From contig CAVESF010000003.1 of assembly GCA_963618495.1 (NCBI GenBank), positions 7,190-71,189 on the forward strand: a stretch of 64,000 nt of DNA, given 5' to 3'. Shown here one piece after another: positions 9,428-18,194 of this stretch; position 1 is the first letter of the stretch, and the number at the start of each line of letters is the position of its first letter. This DNA comes from Acutalibacteraceae bacterium (GTDB lineage: Bacteria; Bacillota; Clostridia; Oscillospirales; CAG-272). The notes under the pieces are model-generated. The model was not told where the DNA came from. It saw nothing but the letters and a program-made list of their open reading frames with translations, and ran no database searches. The translations under genes and the position numbers were made by a program.

Positions 9428-9971
9428 TTCCGTATCCTCCGCATCCTCCTATATCGTGACCGAGGTCGCATGAATATACAAACTCAATCACATCGCCGTC
9501 CGAGAGAGTGTATTCGGCGCAGCTCCGCGAGGGAAAAACGCCGTTTACACGATACATCCAGCCCGAGAGAGGTCCGCATGAATATTCATAGAGGTAGTTT
9601 ATGCCCGCAATATAGAGCGCACCCGGCGCGGTCTTTTTGCTTCCGCGGTATTCCGCCTGAATCTTATTGTAACGCAGGACGCGGTCAAGCACATCGTATA
9701 CCGTATCGCCCTCGCGCAGGACATATTCCGTCTTTTCGAGTATGATTCCGTTTTGCGGGATATAGCCGCCGCCTTTCAGCGGGGCATCGAGCTTATCGTA
9801 ATTATCAAAAACGCTGTCGCACCTTATCGAGAGAAAAACCGTCTCTGAATCGGGTTTTATATCGTCGATATGCGAGAGGTAATATTCATCGACGGACTGA
9901 ATTTCGACGCCGCCGATGAGGACGACGATGATAAGTGCTGCGGCGACTATGGCGAGAATATCCTTTTTCAC
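9420..9971 (-). CDS. membrane-anchored DUF4430 domain protein
   Basis: N-terminal TM anchor (MKKDILAIVAAALIIVVLIGG). The C-terminal ..GDTVYDVLDRV..GPLSGWMYRVNGVFPSRSCAEYTLSDGDVIEFVY is the DUF4430 signature. Confidence 0.8.
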   Translation of the reverse strand: MKKDILAIVAAALIIVVLIGGVEIQSVDEYYLSHIDDIKPDSETVFLSIRCDSVFDNYDKLDAPLKGGGYIPQNGIILEKTEYVLREGDTVYDVLDRVLRYNKIQAEYRGSKKTAPGALYIAGINYLYEYSCGPLSGWMYRVNGVFPSRSCAEYTLSDGDVIEFVYSCDLGHDIGGCGGYGNE

Positions 9972-11572
9972 TCGTCATCCTCGCTTTCGTAGAGCACCGC
10001 AAGCCCGTCCATTTCGCGGCGACGCCTTGTGATGCGGCGCCTTATGCGCAGGACGATAAAGAGCACGAGAACGACTGCCGTCGCAGAAAGAGACACGGCA
10101 AGGACGAGCGTGCGGAAAAGAGTATCGACTTTTGCCTTTGCCGCGGCAAGGCTCTCCGCACCTGTGACAAGCGCCCTGTCATATTCGGAAAGGGAATCGT
10201 AAGTCTTTGCTGCCGCGAGAACCGTGCCTCTGTCCGCAAGCGAAAGCTTATCGGGCGTGGGCAGGGCTTCTATATCTTCATTAAGCGATTTTATCTTGCG
10301 CCGTATGCCGTCAATTTCGGCTTTGGCGGCGGTCAGTTTTTCTGTATATGCCGTATTTCCCGTGTGTTTTGCCTTATAAAGCAGAGTGACGACGCGCGTG
10401 TAATATTCACCTGTGAGCGTATCGGGCAGAGCATCGGCATATGCGGCATCGCTCTTATCAAAAGAAATTTCGGCGGGCTGTTCGTCACGCAGGTCAAAGA
10501 GCGGACTCATGCCTGCGCAAAAACGATAAAGTGCCGCCATGGCGCAGAGCGTCTGATAGTTTGCCACGCGGTTTACGGACGACTGAGACGCTATTGAATG
10601 GATGAAGCCGCCGTCATCGCCACGATAGCGCATGATGCCGTCCCATACGGAATTTCCGTTTTTTACGAAGCGCGGATCGGAGAAAGGGTCTATGCCGAGC
10701 GTACACAGAGCTATCGCAACCTGGCAGGTGCTCTCGCAATTGCGTTCGCCGAATGTGCCTAATGAAGTGAAATCGCCCGTTTCGCATTGCATTTCCGAAA
10801 GAAGAGCGACGGCGCGGTCTACCGCTTCGCATACGGCGACACTGCGCACCTCTCCCGACACGGTGACTGTATAACGCGTTTCATCATTGTAATAAGGAGC
10901 AAGCGCCGTCAGTGCCATGGCAGTGATATCGGCATCGGCTTCTTTTCCCGAGAAGCAGAATCCGCCGCCGTCAAGTTCTGCTGAAAGAATTCCCGAGATG
11001 ATGCTCTCGCGCGTGTCGTATGCGCTGTCCGGCACATAATAGCCTGCGCTGTCGAGCGCGAGAAGTCCCCAGATAAGCCCGTTTATGCCCTGTCTGCCGA
11101 GGGGAGCCGTATTCCCCCTGTTGTATATCCCGTCGGAAACGAGATTGATGGTGCCGTCATCCGTGACTATTGCCGAAGGGTCGCCGCCACAGGCGAGCAG
11201 GCAGAGGATGATGCGATGCCATTCCGTCGCGCGGGAGGAGTCGAGTGCGCCGCTTTCACGATATCTCGCGGCGACATTTTCTTCCGCTGCCGCGATGTAT
11301 GCGATGCGGTCGAAATCAAGCCTCAGCCTTGCCATGGCAAAGGCATACCAATCCGTCGCCGTGAGTGCGCCCGCTTCAAAGAGAAGCTTGTCGTCGAGCA
11401 GAGAACCGCCCGAACCGTTTGTGGATTTCTCATATTCGATGATGCCATCCGCGATGCCAAGAATTTCCTCGCACGAGGGAGCGTTTTTCGCGCAGAGAGA
11501 GGCAGGGAATAGCATGGCGGCAAAGACTGCCGCAAAAATCAGGGAAAAAATGCGCAGAAACGTTTTTTTCAT
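9968..11572 (-). CDS. secreted, C-terminally anchored alpha/alpha-toroid (prenyltransferase/terpene-cyclase-repeat-like) protein
   Basis: It has a signal peptide (MKKTFLRIFSLIFAAVFAAMLFPASLCA). Repeats such as ..LDGGGFCFSG..ADADITAMALTALAPY..GDDGGFIHS are present. The C-terminus has a TM segment plus a basic stop-transfer (VLVLFIVLRIRRRITRRRR). It overlaps the DUF4430 gene start. Confidence 0.65.
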   Translation of the reverse strand: MKKTFLRIFSLIFAAVFAAMLFPASLCAKNAPSCEEILGIADGIIEYEKSTNGSGGSLLDDKLLFEAGALTATDWYAFAMARLRLDFDRIAYIAAAEENVAARYRESGALDSSRATEWHRIILCLLACGGDPSAIVTDDGTINLVSDGIYNRGNTAPLGRQGINGLIWGLLALDSAGYYVPDSAYDTRESIISGILSAELDGGGFCFSGKEADADITAMALTALAPYYNDETRYTVTVSGEVRSVAVCEAVDRAVALLSEMQCETGDFTSLGTFGERNCESTCQVAIALCTLGIDPFSDPRFVKNGNSVWDGIMRYRGDDGGFIHSIASQSSVNRVANYQTLCAMAALYRFCAGMSPLFDLRDEQPAEISFDKSDAAYADALPDTLTGEYYTRVVTLLYKAKHTGNTAYTEKLTAAKAEIDGIRRKIKSLNEDIEALPTPDKLSLADRGTVLAAAKTYDSLSEYDRALVTGAESLAAAKAKVDTLFRTLVLAVSLSATAVVLVLFIVLRIRRRITRRRREMDGLAVLYESEDDE

Positions 11573-11619
11573 GCCGTTATCCCTCCATATCTAAAATAGA
11601 TTAGTTTTATTTATATTAC

Positions 11620-11648
11620 ATATTATCACAAATGTCGCAATCTGTCAA
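11620..11648 (-). promoter_or_regulatory. sigma-A promoter of the ECF operon
   Basis: On the minus strand: TTGACA (11648-11643), a 17-nt spacer, then TAATAT (11625-11620). This leaves only about 40 nt of leader before the ATG at 11572. Confidence 0.5.
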
Positions 11649-11738
11649 TATTCTGCGGCGCACAAGCGCGTCGATATGCAAAAGTCGCGGAAACTCCGGC
11701 AAATCCGCGAAAAACGATAAAAAATTTGACAAATCCTA

Positions 11739-11767
11739 TTGAAAATCAGCGGATTATCTGATATTAT
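11739..11767 (+). promoter_or_regulatory. sigma-A promoter for the ttcA-like gene
   Basis: TTGAAA (11739-11744), a 17-nt spacer, then TATTAT (11762-11767). Confidence 0.45.
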
Positions 11768-11800
11768 ATAACGTAAACAAATTTATAATGGGGATTTATT

Positions 11801-12577
11801 TTGAAAGGCTTGAAAAGACTGCTCAGCTATGCGCGGCGCGCGGCTGACGATTACTCAATGATAGAAGAGGGTGATAAGATAGCCGTCGGCGTTTCCGCCG
11901 GCAAGGATTCGCTTTCGCTCCTCTGGACAATGGCGGAGCTTCGCCGCTTTTATCCGAAGAAATTCGAACTGCTGGCGATAACGATAGATATGAAATTTGA
12001 CGACCTCGGCGGGGGACGCAAGCCGACGGATTATTCCGAGGTGGAGGAGCTTTGCCGCAGACTTCATGTGGAATATCGCATAGTGCCGTCCAATATCGCG
12101 AAGATAGTTTTTGATATAAGAAAAGAGAATAACCCCTGCTCGCTCTGCGCAAAGCTTCGCCGCGGCATGCTAAACGATGCGGCGAAATCTTTCGGCTGCA
12201 ACAAGGTGGCGCTCGGTCATCATTTCGACGATGCTGTGCAGACTTTCATGCTCAATCTTTTTTATGAGGGAAGAATAGGGTGCTTTGCGCCCGTCACATA
12301 TCTCGACCGCAGTGATATCACCGTTATCCGTCCGCTCGTATACGCGCAGGAAAAGGACATAAAATATTTCGCTCTGCACGCGAATCTGCCTGTAGTGGAA
12401 AGCTCATGCCCCGCAAACAAGCACACGGAGCGCGAGGAGATGAAGCAGCTCCTGCTCGGACTGGAAAAGGACAACAAAGGACTGCGCCACAGGATATTCG
12501 GTGCCATGCAGAGAGCAGGCGTGGACGGCTTCCGCGAGTCGCGCATAAAGCACTACGGCGATGACGACGGGGAATGA
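11801..12577 (+). CDS. ttcA: PP-loop ATPase, tRNA 2-thiocytidine biosynthesis TtcA family
   Basis: PP-loop ..IAVGVSAGKDSLSL.., Cys motifs ..NPCSLCAKLRRG.. and ..ESSCPAN... 258 aa with a TTG start. Confidence 0.78.
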   Translation: MKGLKRLLSYARRAADDYSMIEEGDKIAVGVSAGKDSLSLLWTMAELRRFYPKKFELLAITIDMKFDDLGGGRKPTDYSEVEELCRRLHVEYRIVPSNIAKIVFDIRKENNPCSLCAKLRRGMLNDAAKSFGCNKVALGHHFDDAVQTFMLNLFYEGRIGCFAPVTYLDRSDITVIRPLVYAQEKDIKYFALHANLPVVESSCPANKHTEREEMKQLLLGLEKDNKGLRHRIFGAMQRAGVDGFRESRIKHYGDDDGE

Positions 12578-12899
12578 TTTTAAGGTGATAAGAGGAAATA
12601 AGGAATAAACGGCACGCCTTTGCGGAAGATTAAGAAAAAATCTTTTGCGGAGGAAATATGTCGGAAAAAAGGAAAGCGGAGCTTACCGCGCACTACTGCC
12701 CGAATATAGACGACAATGTTTTTGTCATGTCTACGGTGGACAGGCGCGGCGCGACGAAAAGAAAGTGCCTATCGGCTCATCTTTGCCGCTCGGACGAGCG
12801 CGCCTCATGCGGACGCACGGACGAAGCGCGTGACGGCGACGGCATGGAAATAACTATTTGAAATCAAAATGAAATTTTTTTCAGAAAGAGGTAATAAAA

Positions 12900-14258
12900 A
12901 TGGCAATCAGATTTTCAGACAAATATCTCGGAGGCATACTCGGCACAAACGAGCTCGGCTCCATCAGGGAAGAGACAATCCGCGCGGCTAAAACGCTTAC
13001 CGGACGCACGGGAGCGGGAAATGATTTTCTCGGCTGGCTTGACCTTCCCGTTACTTATGACAAGGCGAATATCGAGCACATAAAGGCGACGGCGGAGAAG
13101 ATAAAAAGCTCCTGCGATGTCCTCATTGTCATCGGTATCGGCGGTTCGTATCTCGGAGCGCGCGCCGCTATCGAGTTTGTTCACGGCGCCTTCTACAACA
13201 ATAAGAAAAAGGATACTCCCGATATCTACTTTGTCGGAAACGATATATCTTCTGCGCATCTTCAGGATATACTTTCAATATGTGATGGAAAAGATATCTG
13301 CATAAATGTAATATCAAAATCCGGCACAACCACAGAGCCTGCGATAGCTTTCCGCATATTCCGCGACCTGCTCATAAAGAAGTACGGCGAGGACGGCATC
13401 AAAGACAGAATCTTTGTTACCACGGATAAGGCAAAGGGTGCGCTCCGCTCTCAGGTAAACGAATTCGGCTATGACAGCTTCGTGGTGGATGACGACATCG
13501 GCGGCAGATATTCCGTTCTCAGCGCGGTAGGCTTGCTTCCCATTGCCGTTTCGGGCGCGGATATAGACGAAATGCTCGCGGGCGCGGCTAAGGCTTACGC
13601 AGATTTTGCCGGCGAGGATTTTGAAAACAACGACTGTCTCAAGTATGCCGCAGTGCGCAATCTGCTCTATCGCGGAAGCAAATACAGAGGAGCAAAGAGC
13701 ATTGAAATCCTTGCCGTAAATGACCCTGCGCTCACTATGACCTGCGAATGGTGGAAGCAGCTCTTCGGCGAGAGCGAGGGCAAGGACGGAAAGGGCATTT
13801 ATCCCTCCTCTGCGACATATTCCACAGACCTGCACTCTATCGGTCAGTTCATTCAGGAGGGCGAGAGAGTGATGTTTGAGACGGTCATCAATATCAATAA
13901 CGAGGACTGCTTTGTCGTTCCCTCGGATAAGGACGATGCCGACGGACTCGGCTTCCTCGCGGGCAAATCCGTGAACACCGTAAATCAGAAGGCTTTTCTT
14001 GGCACGGTGCTTGCTCATACCGACGGCGGCGTTCCGAATATCGTGCTCGAGCTTGATTCCAGAAGCGCGTATGATTTCGGCTACCTCGTATACTTCTTCG
14101 AGAAGGCATGCGCAGTTTCCGGTTATCTGCTCGGAGTAAATCCTTTCAACCAACCCGGTGTAGAAGCGTACAAGAAGAATATGTTTGCGCTCCTCGGCAA
14201 GCCCGGCTACGAGGAGAGAAAGGCAGAGCTGGAAAAGAGAATTTCCGAGCTCGGCTGA
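12900..14258 (+). CDS. pgi: glucose-6-phosphate isomerase (~450-aa Gram-positive type)
   Basis: ..[47 protein letters not shown].. are PGI signatures. 452 aa. Confidence 0.92.
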   Translation: MAIRFSDKYLGGILGTNELGSIREETIRAAKTLTGRTGAGNDFLGWLDLPVTYDKANIEHIKATAEKIKSSCDVLIVIGIGGSYLGARAAIEFVHGAFYNNKKKDTPDIYFVGNDISSAHLQDILSICDGKDICINVISKSGTTTEPAIAFRIFRDLLIKKYGEDGIKDRIFVTTDKAKGALRSQVNEFGYDSFVVDDDIGGRYSVLSAVGLLPIAVSGADIDEMLAGAAKAYADFAGEDFENNDCLKYAAVRNLLYRGSKYRGAKSIEILAVNDPALTMTCEWWKQLFGESEGKDGKGIYPSSATYSTDLHSIGQFIQEGERVMFETVININNEDCFVVPSDKDDADGLGFLAGKSVNTVNQKAFLGTVLAHTDGGVPNIVLELDSRSAYDFGYLVYFFEKACAVSGYLLGVNPFNQPGVEAYKKNMFALLGKPGYEERKAELEKRISELG

Positions 14259-14294
14259 TTTCAGGCAGGATACGAAAGGCGAAACGGACAAAAA

Positions 14295-16013
14295 ATGTTA
14301 AAGCGTTTTATCAGTTATTATAAGCCGCACAGAAAGCTTTTTGCACTCGACCTGCTCTGCGCGGCACTGCTTGCCGCATGCGATCTTTTCTACCCGATGA
14401 TAACGCGCTCCATGCTCAATGACTATATTCCGAATTCGAAGCTGCGCGCGCTTGCCATCTGGGCTGTCGCCCTGCTTCTGATATACATAGTCAAGGCGGG
14501 ACTGAAATATTTCATGCAGTATTACGGTCATATGGTGGGCGTTTATATGCAGTCGGATATGAGAAGAGAGGCTTTTGAGCATCTCGAGCGCTTGCCGTTC
14601 GGATATTTCGACAATCATAAGACAGGCGCGATAATGTCGCGCATAATAAACGACCTGCAGGAGGTTTCCGAGCTTGCGCATCACGGTCCCGAGGATGTGA
14701 TACTCGCCGTGCTGCTGCTCGTACCGTCGTTTTTCCTGATGAGTTCAATAAATCTGCCGCTGACGGCGATAATTTTCGCATTTATCCCGATACTCGTATG
14801 GTACGCGGCGAAAAAGCGGCTGAAAATGAGCGCCGCTTTCAAGGAAACGCGTGCGGAAACGGCGGAAATCAATGCGGCACTGGAAAATAACATCGCAGGC
14901 ATAAGGGTTTCCAAGGCGTTTACCTGCGAGCCATACGCGCTCGAAAAATTCCGCGAAAACGACGCGAATTTCGTCGAGGCGAAAAGAAAATCATACAAGG
15001 CGATGGCGGAATTTTTCTCAGGAAACAATTTCATCATAGATTTTCTCAATATTATCATCTTCGTTTTCGGCGGAATCTTCACCTATAAGGGCATGATAAC
15101 CGTCACCGACTTTGCGACATTCATAATTTTTGTAAATATATTTCTCACGCCGATAAAGAACCTGATAAACTTCATAGAGCAGCTTCAGAACGGTATGAGC
15201 GGTTTCACGCGCTTCTGCGAGCTTGTCGATACGCCCACGGAGCGAAATTCCGAGGACGCACGCGCGCTGGGAAAGGCGCACGGCGACATAGCTTTTCATG
15301 ATGTCACGCTCTCATACGGCGACGACGGCAGGGATGTACTCTCCGACATCAGCTTCGATATAAAGAGCGGGGAAACGGTGGCGCTTGTCGGTCCATCCGG
15401 AAGCGGAAAAACGACGATATGCCATGCGATACCGCGATTTTATGAGATAAGCGGAGGAAGCATAACCGTCGATGGCGGCGATATACGCGGCTATACGCTC
15501 TCGTCTCTGCGCGGAAATATCGGCATCGTGACGCAGGATGTTTTCCTCTTCACGGGAACGATACGCGAAAATATTCTCTGGGGACGCCCGAGCGCGACGG
15601 AATCCGAGGTGGAAGAAGCGGCGCGAAACGCCAATATCCATGATTTTATCGTGAGCTTGCCGGACGGCTACGATACCTTTGTCGGCGAGCGCGGCGTCAA
15701 ACTTTCGGGCGGACAGAAGCAGCGAATATCCATAGCGCGCGCTTTTCTGAAAAATCCGCCGATACTTATCCTCGACGAGGCTACCTCCGCGCTCGACAAT
15801 GCGACGGAGGCGGCAATACAGCATTCGCTCGACGAGCTCTGCCGCGGCAGAACGACAATAGTCGTGGCGCACAGGCTCTCCACGGTCAAGAATGCCGACA
15901 AGATTATCGTCGTCACACGTGATGGCATAAAGGAGAGCGGCACGCACGGGGAACTTCTCAGACTCGGCGGCGTATATGCAGGGCTTTACAATTCGCAGTT
16001 TGCGGCGGTATGA
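14295..16013 (+). CDS. ABC exporter, fused permease/ATPase (MsbA/multidrug type)
   Basis: N-terminal six-helix transmembrane domain. Walker A GPSGSGKTT, signature LSGGQKQRISIARA, Walker B ILILDEATSALD. 572 aa. Confidence 0.9.
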   Translation: MLKRFISYYKPHRKLFALDLLCAALLAACDLFYPMITRSMLNDYIPNSKLRALAIWAVALLLIYIVKAGLKYFMQYYGHMVGVYMQSDMRREAFEHLERLPFGYFDNHKTGAIMSRIINDLQEVSELAHHGPEDVILAVLLLVPSFFLMSSINLPLTAIIFAFIPILVWYAAKKRLKMSAAFKETRAETAEINAALENNIAGIRVSKAFTCEPYALEKFRENDANFVEAKRKSYKAMAEFFSGNNFIIDFLNIIIFVFGGIFTYKGMITVTDFATFIIFVNIFLTPIKNLINFIEQLQNGMSGFTRFCELVDTPTERNSEDARALGKAHGDIAFHDVTLSYGDDGRDVLSDISFDIKSGETVALVGPSGSGKTTICHAIPRFYEISGGSITVDGGDIRGYTLSSLRGNIGIVTQDVFLFTGTIRENILWGRPSATESEVEEAARNANIHDFIVSLPDGYDTFVGERGVKLSGGQKQRISIARAFLKNPPILILDEATSALDNATEAAIQHSLDELCRGRTTIVVAHRLSTVKNADKIIVVTRDGIKESGTHGELLRLGGVYAGLYNSQFAAV

Positions 16014-16036
16014 TTTTACGCCGCGGGAGGTGGCTT

Positions 16037-16225
16037 ATGAATATAGTCAGATTTGATGCGGGTGACATACTCGAGATGAAGAAAAATCATCCCTGCGGCG
16101 ACAATCGGCTGAGAGTCGAGCGCACGGGTTCTGATATAAAAGTCACCTGCCTCGGATGCGGCAGAGAGATGATTTTGCCCCGCGTAAAACTGGAAAAGAA
16201 TATAAAGCGTGTATTGAAACCTTAA
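16037..16225 (+). CDS. DUF951 family small protein
   Basis: MNIVRFDAGDILEMKKNHPCG..VTCLGCGREMILPR is the typical DUF951 pattern. ATG 16037 with a GGGAGGTGG RBS is preferred over the track start at 16010. Confidence 0.7.
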   Translation: MNIVRFDAGDILEMKKNHPCGDNRLRVERTGSDIKVTCLGCGREMILPRVKLEKNIKRVLKP

Positions 16226-16233
16226 ATATTGCA

Positions 16234-16259
16234 CGGTATTGTAAATAATACCGATTTTT
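16234..16259 (+). terminator. rho-independent terminator
   Basis: CGGTATT-gtaaat-AATACCG followed by ATTTTT. Confidence 0.6.
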
Positions 16260-16312
16260 GGCTTGAAGTTTTGTAAAAACTAAATAAAATTTTATATTTA
16301 TCTCAAAACATA

Positions 16313-16341
16313 TTGCAAAAATCGCAATTTTATTGTATTAT
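16313..16341 (+). promoter_or_regulatory. sigma-A promoter for the mini P-loop ATPase gene
   Basis: TTGCAA (16313-16318), a 17-nt spacer, then TATTAT (16336-16341). Confidence 0.5.
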
Positions 16342-16356
16342 GATAACAGAAGAAAA

Positions 16357-16406
16357 TGCGTGGTTATATCCTTAGGACACTGTGGACGGACAGTGCGGAT
16401 TACGCA
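16357..16406 (+). promoter_or_regulatory. structured 5' leader (extended imperfect hairpin), class unknown
   Basis: Outer pairing is TGCGT (16357-61)/ACGCA (16402-06), then ATCC/GGAT. The inner stem is a perfect CACTGT-GGACGG-ACAGTG (16378-16395). No U-tract follows, and the ATG is 32 nt downstream. Confidence 0.4.
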
Positions 16407-16437
16407 GAATATTTCCGCCCAAGAAAGCAGGTTTATT

Positions 16438-16845
16438 ATGTTGAAAATTATCATCGGCGTAAAAGGTACAGGCAAGACAAAGACTCTCGTGGATATGGTA
16501 AATACCACTGCCGAGCAGTCCGAAGGCTCTGTTGTATGTCTCGAAAAAGGCGAAAAACTCCGCTATGATGTAACTTACAAGGCAAGACTTGTAAATACCG
16601 ACGAATATGCGATATCAGACGGAGAAGAGCTCTATGGCTTTGTTGCCGGAATCCATGCTTCCAACCACGACATCACACATATTTTCATCGATTCCGCCCT
16701 CAAGATATGCAGAAACAATCTTGCGGAACTTGACGGATTTGTCGCCGAAATGGCAGTTCTTTGCGACAGTCATGAGATAGACGTTGTCATGACTTGTTCG
16801 CTCGCAGAGTCGGATGCTTCCGAAATCGTGAAGAAGTATTGCTGA
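16438..16845 (+). CDS. minimal P-loop NTPase (~135 aa), function unknown
   Basis: MLKIIIGVKGTGKTKTLVDM.. carries a Walker A motif, and ..ITHIFIDSA.. is Walker-B-like. I chose ATG 16438. The track start at 16333 would cover the promoter and leader. Confidence 0.55.
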   Translation: MLKIIIGVKGTGKTKTLVDMVNTTAEQSEGSVVCLEKGEKLRYDVTYKARLVNTDEYAISDGEELYGFVAGIHASNHDITHIFIDSALKICRNNLAELDGFVAEMAVLCDSHEIDVVMTCSLAESDASEIVKKYC

Positions 16846-16888
16846 TAACTGCCGAAAAAATACAGGAAAAAATACAAGCAAAAAGTAC

Positions 16889-16918
16889 GGGCGACCTCGC
16901 GTCGCCCGCTTTTTTTTC
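16889..16918 (+). terminator. rho-independent terminator
   Basis: GGGCGAC-ctcgc-GTCGCCC followed by GCTTTTTTTT. Confidence 0.75.
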
Positions 16919-17083
16919 GTTTTTGCGCCCTGTTGCGCCCGCTTTCTCCTATTTCGACCGCATTTTGCATAATTTCGGCAGATGCGGCATTTTCAAACAC
17001 AATTTTTCCTCCGCGGCATAAAATGTAGCATGAGAGCAATTTATTTGCAGACTCATTTACATTTTTACTTGGAGGATATTTTT

Positions 17084-17998
17084 ATGCCCGATAACAGAAA
17101 CTCTTCGCCCTGCTTCGGCGGACGCGATACGGTTTATATAGATACAAACAGGATACTCGACAGCTGCCGCGACAAGGACTGCTTTGAGGATGTTCCCGTT
17201 TACTTAACAGATGTCGGCAACGAGACAGTTGACCGCAGTTCAAACGCGCGAGTGAAATGCGCGGAAGTCGTTTCCGCATCGCTCTCGGTAGACCCCGTTC
17301 CTTTCAACAGAGGCTTCTACCATATCAACATGAGAATATATGTCAAAATAGTTGCGGAATGCTGCACATGCATGGGCAGACCGCAGGATGTGGAGGGAAT
17401 AGCAGTAGTCGATAAGCAGGTTATTCTTTACGGAAGTGAAGGGAATGTCAATATTTTCAAGAGCGACCCCGAAAACAACAGCTTCTGCCCGAGCGGCAGG
17501 CTCAAGGAAAACATGAGCAGTAACCTGCCCACAGCAGTACTTGAGGTGGTAGACCCGATAGTTCTCGGCGCGAAGATAATGGATTTTTGCAGATGCAATC
17601 AGGGTTCCGGCGGTTTCAGCGGCAATTCCGGCTCATGCTGCGGCTCTATTAGCTCGCAGGCGGCAACATGCCCCAGAAGCAACTGCATCGCCGACGGCGA
17701 TATGCCCGAATCCGTATGCGGTTGCGTATCCGGCAGGCTCTGCTTTGAGGAAACGGGAAAGCGACTGCTCGTTTCTCTCGGCTTCTTCTCCGTTGTGAGA
17801 ATAGAGCGTCCCGGTCAGTTCCTCGTGACAGGAAACGAATACACAGTTCCCGAGAAGGAATGCATTTCGCCCAACGCGGATAATCCCTGCGATATTTTTA
17901 AGCATATCGCATTTCCCGTTGACGAATTTTATCCGCCGGCTCTCTCCAATATCCGCGGTGAAAGCGGCGACGGCGGTTGCGGTTGCGGCAGAAAATAA
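17084..17998 (+). CDS. cysteine-rich uncharacterised protein (possible spore-envelope protein)
   Basis: ATG 17084 lies 8 nt after a GGAGG RBS. The 305-aa protein has more than 20 Cys in clusters (CCTC, CRC, SCCG, CGC, C-terminal GGCGCG). Its N-terminus reads ..VYIDTNRILDSCRDKDCFED... I recognise no family. Confidence 0.5.
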   Translation: MPDNRNSSPCFGGRDTVYIDTNRILDSCRDKDCFEDVPVYLTDVGNETVDRSSNARVKCAEVVSASLSVDPVPFNRGFYHINMRIYVKIVAECCTCMGRPQDVEGIAVVDKQVILYGSEGNVNIFKSDPENNSFCPSGRLKENMSSNLPTAVLEVVDPIVLGAKIMDFCRCNQGSGGFSGNSGSCCGSISSQAATCPRSNCIADGDMPESVCGCVSGRLCFEETGKRLLVSLGFFSVVRIERPGQFLVTGNEYTVPEKECISPNADNPCDIFKHIAFPVDEFYPPALSNIRGESGDGGCGCGRK

Positions 17999-18031
17999 GC
18001 GATAAAAACACAGGTTCGGAACGGCAAATCA

Positions 18032-18071
18032 AACAGAACAAGGCGCGGTGACATCCGTGCCTTGTTCTGTT
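18032..18071 (+). terminator. strong hairpin after the Cys-rich gene
   Basis: AACAGAACAAGGC-(14 nt)-GCCTTGTTCTGTT forms a 13-bp stem. There is no clear U-tract. Confidence 0.5.
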
Positions 18072-18127
18072 AAAACCGCGCAGAAGCATAAAAAATCATA
18101 TGATATATAATTATTTTAAAATTAATA

Positions 18128-18156
18128 TTGAAATTATCTTTAAAATAGTGTATACT
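18128..18156 (+). promoter_or_regulatory. sigma-A promoter for plsX
   Basis: TTGAAA (18128-33), a 17-nt spacer ending in TG, then TATACT (18151-56). Confidence 0.5.
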
Positions 18157-18194
18157 AAATTATAATTATTTAAAAACAGCCGGAGGTAACGGAT

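Noticed and set aside
11573-11800. Possible cobalamin riboswitch upstream of the ECF/DUF4430 operon.
   Set aside because: No B12-box-like GCCACTG (CAGTGGC on the plus strand) is present. The promoter leaves only about 40 nt of leader, too short for any known riboswitch.
12578-12899. A 322-bp, relatively GC-rich spacer before pgi with a 67-codon ORF (12658-12861, GGAGG RBS) and an overlapping 62-codon ORF in another frame.
   Set aside because: The translations are Arg/Asp/Cys-rich with no recognisable motif, and two frames are similarly open. It may be a decayed gene remnant or a small protein, but the sequence alone does not support calling it.
16378-16395. The hairpin CACTGT-GGACGG-ACAGTG contains ACGG, reminiscent of the ACGR loops of guanidine-II (mini-ykkC).
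   Set aside because: The loop has 6 nt and lacks the conserved closing G-C pairs. There is no second ACGR hairpin, and the downstream gene is not a guanidine exporter or carboxylase.
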